This document shows positions 58,333-64,000 of a stretch of 64,000 nt of DNA, one piece after another. The notes under the pieces are model-generated. The model worked only from the letters and a program-made list of their open reading frames with translations. It was not told the DNA's origin and did no database searches. Source of the stretch: Thermoproteota archaeon (GTDB taxonomy: Archaea; Korarchaeota; Korarchaeia; Korarchaeales; Korarchaeaceae); NCBI GenBank assembly GCA_027491415.1, contig JAOZFH010000007.1, positions 1 to 64,000 of the forward strand, written 5' to 3'. The position numbers were made by a program, and so were the translations under genes. How positions within the stretch are numbered: position 1 is the stretch's first letter; each line of letters opens with the position of its first letter.

Positions 58333-59220
58333 GTGACCAGGGAGTACGACTACCTCGCGGTTGGCCACCTCACGCTGGACGAGCTAGGGCGTGGAAGGTT
58401 GAGGATTGGCGGGGCAGCGGCGTACGGCTCCGTCTTCGCTGCCGGCTTGGGTCTGTCCGCCGGGGTGGTGTCCGTTGTCGGAGAGGACTTCCCGCGCGAT
58501 AAGTTGGACTGGCTTAGACGACAGGGAGTGGATCTCTCTGGCGTCAGGGTTGGAGAGGGCCCCAGTACAAGATTCAGGATCGTTCTCGGGCCCAATAGAG
58601 TGGTTTCCTCCCTCTCTTCAAGGGCACGGCCACTACAAGTTGCCGACGTGGCGTCGTTTCGTGGGAAGGTCACCCATCTGGGCTCAGTGGCCGGTGAAAT
58701 CTCGAAGCAGGTGGCGCTCCAGTGCGCGTCGTCGTGTGAAGTGCTTGTGATCGACCTCCAAGGATTCCTGAGAAGGTTTGATCCTTCGGGTCACGTGTCT
58801 CTTGCCCCCGAGGGGATCAGCTCCCTGGAGGGGATTCAGGCGGTTGTACACGCCAACGAGTTAGAGGCAAAAGAGGCCACCGGTTTGACTGATCCGCTAC
58901 TGGCGGCCCAGGCTCTCTCTAGAAGGTTTGGGGTGGCTGCCGTCACGCTAGGCGGGAGGGGCGCTGTCGTGTCGGGTCCAGACGGTACCCTCGTCGCCAG
59001 GCCTCCGGCAGTTAACGCCGAGGATGACGTCGGCGCCGGAGATGTCTTCTCTGCCGCGCTAGGAGCGGCCCTGATTAACAGTGAGCGAATCGATGGTGCG
59101 GCAAGATTTGCCGTCGCCGCAGCCGCCGCGTCAACGAAATTCGCAGGCCCGGAGCCAATCCCGTCGGATCTCATAAGGAGGCTCGAGAGGGGGGTTCGAA
59201 TAACCTACCTCAGCCGCTAG
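58333..59220 (+). CDS. PfkB-family carbohydrate/nucleoside kinase
   Basis: VGHLTLD, GGAAAY, VVGED, VTLG..GA, DDVGAGDVF. Confidence 0.85.
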   Translation: MTREYDYLAVGHLTLDELGRGRLRIGGAAAYGSVFAAGLGLSAGVVSVVGEDFPRDKLDWLRRQGVDLSGVRVGEGPSTRFRIVLGPNRVVSSLSSRARPLQVADVASFRGKVTHLGSVAGEISKQVALQCASSCEVLVIDLQGFLRRFDPSGHVSLAPEGISSLEGIQAVVHANELEAKEATGLTDPLLAAQALSRRFGVAAVTLGGRGAVVSGPDGTLVARPPAVNAEDDVGAGDVFSAALGAALINSERIDGAARFAVAAAAASTKFAGPEPIPSDLIRRLERGVRITYLSR

Positions 59221-59828
59221 GTGGACACTGAATCCACCTTCACGGCCAATAGGTCGATCTGGCCCGCCCACCTTTCCCTCACCCCCACCACGCGCATGCC
59301 GAGCGACGTCAACCCCTCAACCAGGTGATCCAACGGGAGGAATGTCGAGTGGAGCCCCATCATTCTCTCAACCCCTCTCAAGATGCGAGTGGGGAATCTA
59401 GAATCGTCGAAATCGTAGACACCAAGCACGCCGCCGATTTTCAGGATCCTTACAGCCTCCCTGAGGGCCCTCATCGGCCCACGGATGTGGTGCAGGGAGT
59501 CAAAGAATATGACGAAATCGGCCACCTCGTCCCTTAGGGGCAGCATCCTGGCGTCCGCCCTCAGCACGGAGACGTTGGGCATGTCCTCCAGGCGCCTCCT
59601 CGCCGACGAGGCCATCTCCCTGTCTACCTCGACCAGGATGAGGTGTCCAACCCTGTCGGCTATCAGCTCAGCGGAGAGACCGTAACCGGCCCCCACGTCG
59701 ACGCCGATCGCCCCGGGGCCGACCACGCTTAAGAGCTCGGAGACCGGGCGGTATACGCTCCTGAGCCCAAGGGAGTAGACGACGCGGTAGGCGAGCGGGG
59801 TCTTCTCCTTCTCTTCCTCCTTTCCCAT
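59217..59828 (-). CDS. Class I SAM-dependent methyltransferase (UbiE-like)
   Basis: VDVGAGYG, VEVD, DARMLP, SLHH, RILKIGG. Confidence 0.88.
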   Translation of the reverse strand: MGKEEEKEKTPLAYRVVYSLGLRSVYRPVSELLSVVGPGAIGVDVGAGYGLSAELIADRVGHLILVEVDREMASSARRRLEDMPNVSVLRADARMLPLRDEVADFVIFFDSLHHIRGPMRALREAVRILKIGGVLGVYDFDDSRFPTRILRGVERMMGLHSTFLPLDHLVEGLTSLGMRVVGVRERWAGQIDLLAVKVDSVST

Positions 59829-59886
59829 CCGACCTCCGGCCGATGGAGGTGCAAATCACTTTAACCGTGCCCTGCCCGACCGGTCC

Positions 59887-60576
59887 GTGCGGGATCTCAA
59901 GAGCCTGATGCTGCGCAAGGTGATACACGCCGTCATGGCCCTGAGCCTCGCCGCACCGGCCGTGATCCTCCCCAAGCTGCCGGAGTCTCTGTTTCTCCTC
60001 CATCGGCCGTCTCCTGCCGAGGTTTATGGCCTCCTGATGATCGCCGCCGCCTGGGTCAACGCGCTGAGGGTCAAGGGGCCCGCCGTAGAGGTCACCCCGG
60101 AGGAGCTGGAGAGGGTACTGCAGAGGACTCCGGTGGGCCAGAGCGTGGACGCGGTGGTCAGGTGGCTGGACTCCAAGATACGCCAGCTGGAGAGGGAGTA
60201 CGAGAGGAGGGCCGGTTGGGTCGGCCTCATGTACGGGGTCATAGGCGTTGGGGTCTCCTACTTCCTCTTCGGCTGGAACTTCCTCTGGGGGGTCGTGGCG
60301 CTCGCCACTACCGACGTCGCCTCGGCCGTCGTGGGGGCGTACGCGGGGAGGCTGAGAATGCCCTTTGCGTCCACCTCAACGGTGGAGGGCACGGTCGCCG
60401 GGTTCCTAGCCATCCTCCCGGTGGCCCTCCTGTTCAGGGATCCCGCGAGCGCCGTTCTTCTGTCTGCGGCCGCCGCGTTGTCTGAGGCCTACGGAGTGGA
60501 GGACAACCTCGAGGTACCCTTCGTCGTCTCGGGGCTCGCCTGGCTCATGCCCCGCCTGGGACTAGGAGTTCCGTGA
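59887..60576 (+). CDS. Dolichol/phytol kinase-like (CTP-dependent polyprenol kinase) membrane protein
   Basis: LRKVIH, DVASAVVG, STVEGT, EDNL; multiple TMs. Confidence 0.75.
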   Translation: MRDLKSLMLRKVIHAVMALSLAAPAVILPKLPESLFLLHRPSPAEVYGLLMIAAAWVNALRVKGPAVEVTPEELERVLQRTPVGQSVDAVVRWLDSKIRQLEREYERRAGWVGLMYGVIGVGVSYFLFGWNFLWGVVALATTDVASAVVGAYAGRLRMPFASTSTVEGTVAGFLAILPVALLFRDPASAVLLSAAAALSEAYGVEDNLEVPFVVSGLAWLMPRLGLGVP

Positions 60577-61732
60577 TGAACCTCTCGAGCGCGGCAACGT
60601 CCTCTAGGTAGACGAACTCTAGGGGGGCGTGTATGTTGTTGTCCACCCTGATGGCGCCTATGGCGACCGTGGGAACCCCCCTCGACGCGAAGAGGTAGCC
60701 GTCGTTCCCTCCCAGCTCTGCGGCCATCTTTCTCGTGCCCAAGGCCCTCTCCATGGCGTCAAGCGCCTCCCTCACGAAGGGGTGGTCGGGCGGGGTCATC
60801 CAACCGGTGTTCACCTCCCCCACGAGCTTCATCGACACCTCGAGGCTCAGCCTGGCCGCGGCGTCCGCGAGGAAGGACCTCAGCTCCTCGAGCGCCCGCT
60901 CTGGATCCTCTCCGGGCACGATCCTCATGTCGAACCCTAGCCTGGCCTCGCTCGGCACGGCGTTGTGCTTCTCCCCGGCGCGCAGCATCGTGACCGTGAA
61001 CCTTCCCCACACCCTCTCCACGGGGGAGTCCGGCGGGCTCGGGAGGTCGGAGAGCCTCGTGGCCCTGTGCCTCGAGAAGCTCTCCAGCTCGCAGATGAGC
61101 CTGACCAGACCGTAGATGGGGTTTCTCGTCTTGTGCGGGTATCCGGCGTGCCCTCCCTTCCCCCTGACGGTTATCCAGCCGTCGGCCACCCCGCTCGCGC
61201 CCACGCTGAGGTGCTCTATGGCGGCGTCCAGTATGACCGCGGCGTCCCCCGTGATCCCGGCCCCCTCGACGACCTCCCTTATCCCCGCGCCGCCGACCTC
61301 CTCGTCCCCGACCACGATGGCCAGGGGGTTGTACCTCAGCTCACCCTCCCGCCCGCTCTCGACTATCCGCCTGAGGGCACCCAGCGTGGCCGCGATGGCA
61401 GACTTGTCGTCGGCCGCACCCCTCCCGTAGAGGCGGCCGTTAACCAGGAGGGGCTCGAAGGGGTCGATCTCCCTGCCGTCCAGGACCCACGGTCCCCCGG
61501 CCGGGACGACGTCGTAGTGGCTCACGAGCGCGAGATCCCTCTCGGCACCGGCGTCGAGCCTCGCCACGACGTTGGGTACCTCCTCCCCCACGATCTCGAC
61601 GCTCAGGCCGATCTCCCTGAAGTACCCGGCCACCAGCTCGGCGGCCTCACTGTAGTTCTTCCTCTCGGTGGCGTCGGTGTCGAGAGCGACCAGGCGCTTG
61701 AGGACCTCAACCTCCCACTCCACGAGGCCCAC
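60545..61732 (-). CDS. M20/DapE-ArgE family metallopeptidase
   Basis: SHYDVVP, GRGAADDK, DEEVGG, GGHAGYP, NAVP, IHAP.E. Confidence 0.9.
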   Translation of the reverse strand: MGLVEWEVEVLKRLVALDTDATERKNYSEAAELVAGYFREIGLSVEIVGEEVPNVVARLDAGAERDLALVSHYDVVPAGGPWVLDGREIDPFEPLLVNGRLYGRGAADDKSAIAATLGALRRIVESGREGELRYNPLAIVVGDEEVGGAGIREVVEGAGITGDAAVILDAAIEHLSVGASGVADGWITVRGKGGHAGYPHKTRNPIYGLVRLICELESFSRHRATRLSDLPSPPDSPVERVWGRFTVTMLRAGEKHNAVPSEARLGFDMRIVPGEDPERALEELRSFLADAAARLSLEVSMKLVGEVNTGWMTPPDHPFVREALDAMERALGTRKMAAELGGNDGYLFASRGVPTVAIGAIRVDNNIHAPLEFVYLEDVAALERFITELLVPGGA

Positions 61733-61783
61733 CCGAACGTGCTCAGAGGTTCAGGTTAATAGACTGACGAGGGAGTAGGCGGG

Positions 61784-63004
61784 ATGTCCGCGCGGGTGGC
61801 GCTCATCGGGACCGGGGTGACATCGAGGGTAGTGGCGATCTCGCTAGCCAGGGACGATCTCGCCACCTGGGTGGGCGAGCTGCTGATAGCGGATAAGGAC
61901 CCAGAGGCCGCCAAGAGAGCCGCAGAGGAGTCCCAGGCCCTTACGAGGTCGAAGCAGGTCTCGTGGACCCAGCTCGACGCGCGAGACGTGGACGCGGTCG
62001 CCCGCCTGGTCAGGGGGTACGACGTCCTGATCAACGGGGCAATCTTCAAGGTGATCCCGCCCCTCACGAAGGCGGCCTTAGAGGCGCGAGTCCCCTACAT
62101 TGACTTCGGCTCAGACAGGGAGACGCTCCAATGGCAGCTCTCCTTGAGCGAGGACTTCCGGCGAGTCGGGGTACCGGCCCTCCCCGCGATGGGCGGTTCG
62201 CCCGGCCTGATCAACGTCCTCGCGAGGCTGGCCGTTGACCAGCTAGATGAGGTCCGTGAAATCCGCATGAGAGAGGGCTGGATCGACCGGGTGGACTACG
62301 AGGCCCTGGGGATTCCACTCCCGGTGCCCTACTCCTTCGAGACGATTCTGGACGAGTTCGTCTACGGGGGTGAAGTGTGGACCGCCGAGGGGCCGAGGCC
62401 CACGCCGCCCCTGGGTGGCAGGGAGGAGTTTGAGTTCCCCGAGCCAGTGGGGAGGCAGCCTTGCTACTACGTCGATCACCCTGAGACGTGGAGCCTCGGG
62501 GAGACCTTCAGAGACCGCGGGCTCCAACTGGTCGACTACAAACTCTCGTTTCCGGATGACCTCCTCGAGAAGTACGATCTCTTGGTAAGGCTGGGGTTCG
62601 CCTCCGAGGATCCTCTTGATCTCCCGGGGTGCGGAAGGTCTCCTATGGAGATCTTGGAGTACCTAGTCAACAGGACCATCCAGGGGAAATCCTGGACCCC
62701 CGACGACGTAGACGTGATGGTCGTCACGGCCGTGGGGTCAATCTCAGTTCGGCCAGCTACGGTCGTTGTCACCGCATCGGCCGAGTCTTGGACGAGACCT
62801 CCAGCGTCGGCCCACGGCATCTTGGTGGCCGCTCCAGCGATAACGGCCGCCAGGATGTTGGTAGAGGGAGAACTGAAGCCTGGAGTTCACCTCCCCGAGC
62901 GCGCCATAGACCCGGAGCCCTTCCTCCGAGAGGTGGCCAGGTTCGGAGTCTCGGTGGACCTCACCGTGACCACGAAGAGACTCTCCCTCCAGCGCGAGGA
63001 GTAG
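61784..63004 (+). CDS. Saccharopine / carboxynorspermidine dehydrogenase family protein
   Basis: Rossmann start IGTG, DVLIN, YID, GGSPGLIN, FPEPVG, HPE. Confidence 0.8.
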   Translation: MSARVALIGTGVTSRVVAISLARDDLATWVGELLIADKDPEAAKRAAEESQALTRSKQVSWTQLDARDVDAVARLVRGYDVLINGAIFKVIPPLTKAALEARVPYIDFGSDRETLQWQLSLSEDFRRVGVPALPAMGGSPGLINVLARLAVDQLDEVREIRMREGWIDRVDYEALGIPLPVPYSFETILDEFVYGGEVWTAEGPRPTPPLGGREEFEFPEPVGRQPCYYVDHPETWSLGETFRDRGLQLVDYKLSFPDDLLEKYDLLVRLGFASEDPLDLPGCGRSPMEILEYLVNRTIQGKSWTPDDVDVMVVTAVGSISVRPATVVVTASAESWTRPPASAHGILVAAPAITAARMLVEGELKPGVHLPERAIDPEPFLREVARFGVSVDLTVTTKRLSLQREE

Positions 63005-63044
63005 GGTCGTCCCGATCCGAAAAATCATTTTACTTTAGGAGCCG

Positions 63045-63794
63045 TTGGAGAGTCCTGTGCCGACGGAGAGGCTGTACTACCAAGATCAGTACTTGAAGGA
63101 GTTCACCGCAATAGTCGCCTCGGTGGAGGAGCTCCCGGACGGCAAGGTAGGAGCGGTGCTGGACAGGACCGCTTTCTACCCCGAGGGCGGCGGACAGCCA
63201 GCTGACACGGGGGTTCTGGAGGGCCCCTCCGGAAAGCTCAAGGTTGTCTGGGCGGAGAATAGGGGAGAGGACGTGCTTCACATCGGCGAGCTCGAGGGGT
63301 CCCTCTCCCCGGGTGATGAGGTTAGGGGAGTGCTGGACTGGGATAGGCGGTACGCCATAATGAGGACGCACACGGCGGCACACGTGCTAATGCACGCGGT
63401 CGATCGACTTTTCGGCCGAACGGCGCTGGCCGGCAGCGGCCTGAGTGTGGGCTCTGGCCGGCTCGACTTCGCTGCGAAGATAACACGAGATCAGCTCCCC
63501 TCGATAGAGGAGGAGGCCAATAGAATAGTCCAGATGGACGCGGAGGTCAGGGCCAACGTGCTGCCGAGGGACAAGGCAGAGGAACTCCTAGCGAGGTACG
63601 GCGCGGGCCTGGGACCCGCTCAGGAGGGGATGGAAGAGGTAAGAATCGTGGAGATCGTGGGCGTGGGCGCGGACCCCTGCGGCGGGACTCACGTCGCGAG
63701 GACCGGGGAGATAGGAGGCATCAAGATCCTCAAGAGGAAGAGCAAGGGCAAGGGTGTGGTGAGGCTGGAGTACGCGGTCTCCGGGTTCTATTGA
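63045..63794 (+). CDS. alaXM: Free-standing alanyl-tRNA editing protein (AlaX-M type)
   Basis: TERLYY, LDRTAFYPEGGGQPAD, HTAAH, CGGTH. Confidence 0.9.
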   Translation: MESPVPTERLYYQDQYLKEFTAIVASVEELPDGKVGAVLDRTAFYPEGGGQPADTGVLEGPSGKLKVVWAENRGEDVLHIGELEGSLSPGDEVRGVLDWDRRYAIMRTHTAAHVLMHAVDRLFGRTALAGSGLSVGSGRLDFAAKITRDQLPSIEEEANRIVQMDAEVRANVLPRDKAEELLARYGAGLGPAQEGMEEVRIVEIVGVGADPCGGTHVARTGEIGGIKILKRKSKGKGVVRLEYAVSGFY

Positions 63795-63812
63795 GGCCCC
63801 GGGGTGTATCCA

Positions 63813-64000
63813 TTGCGTCCGCGGCGGGGTGTCGCGCTGGCAATCGCGCTGATGGCTCTGGTTCCGCTGATTGTGGCCGAGGCTCAGGCCGAGCCGACCC
63901 CCTGCAGGGTCACCCTGTACGAGGACGGGTGGGCCCTCGTCTCTGTGAATTGGAGTTCCGAGGGGTTCGTGAGCGCGATACCCCTGCTACCCGGGGCCGA
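63813..64000 (+). CDS. Partial secreted or membrane protein; runs off the window
   Basis: TTG start with SD GGGGTG; MRPRRGVALAIALMALVPLIVAEAQA signal peptide; open to the window end. Confidence 0.6.
   Translation, partial: MRPRRGVALAIALMALVPLIVAEAQAEPTPCRVTLYEDGWALVSVNWSSEGFVSAIPLLPGA

Overview
GC-rich (about 62-65% by eye), densely coding window from a prokaryote that reads as a thermophilic anaerobic archaeon. The evidence is TATA-like boxes, GGAGGTGA Shine-Dalgarno sites, heavy AGG/ATA codon use, T-run terminators, AOR-family tungstoenzymes, ADP-forming acyl-CoA synthetase, IOR and a KaiC-domain ATPase; the lineage is inferred only. About 0.4-26 kb is a nucleobase/nucleoside catabolic island: ssnA, a BMP-type nucleoside ABC transporter, three divergent AOR-family enzymes with two 4Fe-4S partners, a PreA/DHODH-like flavoprotein lacking its catalytic Cys loop, a HyuA/dihydropyrimidinase-like hydrolase, a YgeY-like M20 hydrolase, carbamate kinase, a CysK-like PLP enzyme, a class III aminotransferase and a beta-hydroxyacid dehydrogenase. 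It looks like an archaeal version of the anaerobic purine/urate (or pyrimidine) degradation cluster with tungsten enzymes in place of xanthine dehydrogenase. At 31.4-34.3 kb is a compact four-gene operon: Zn-ribbon protein, two degenerate methyltransferase-fold paralogues and a Rab-like small GTPase. The rest holds acdA, iorAB, two peptide ABC operons and housekeeping genes. Several genes seem to need non-canonical start codons (ATC/CTG). No rRNA, tRNA, CRISPR array or transposase was recognised. All calls come from reading motifs by eye; no database searches were run.
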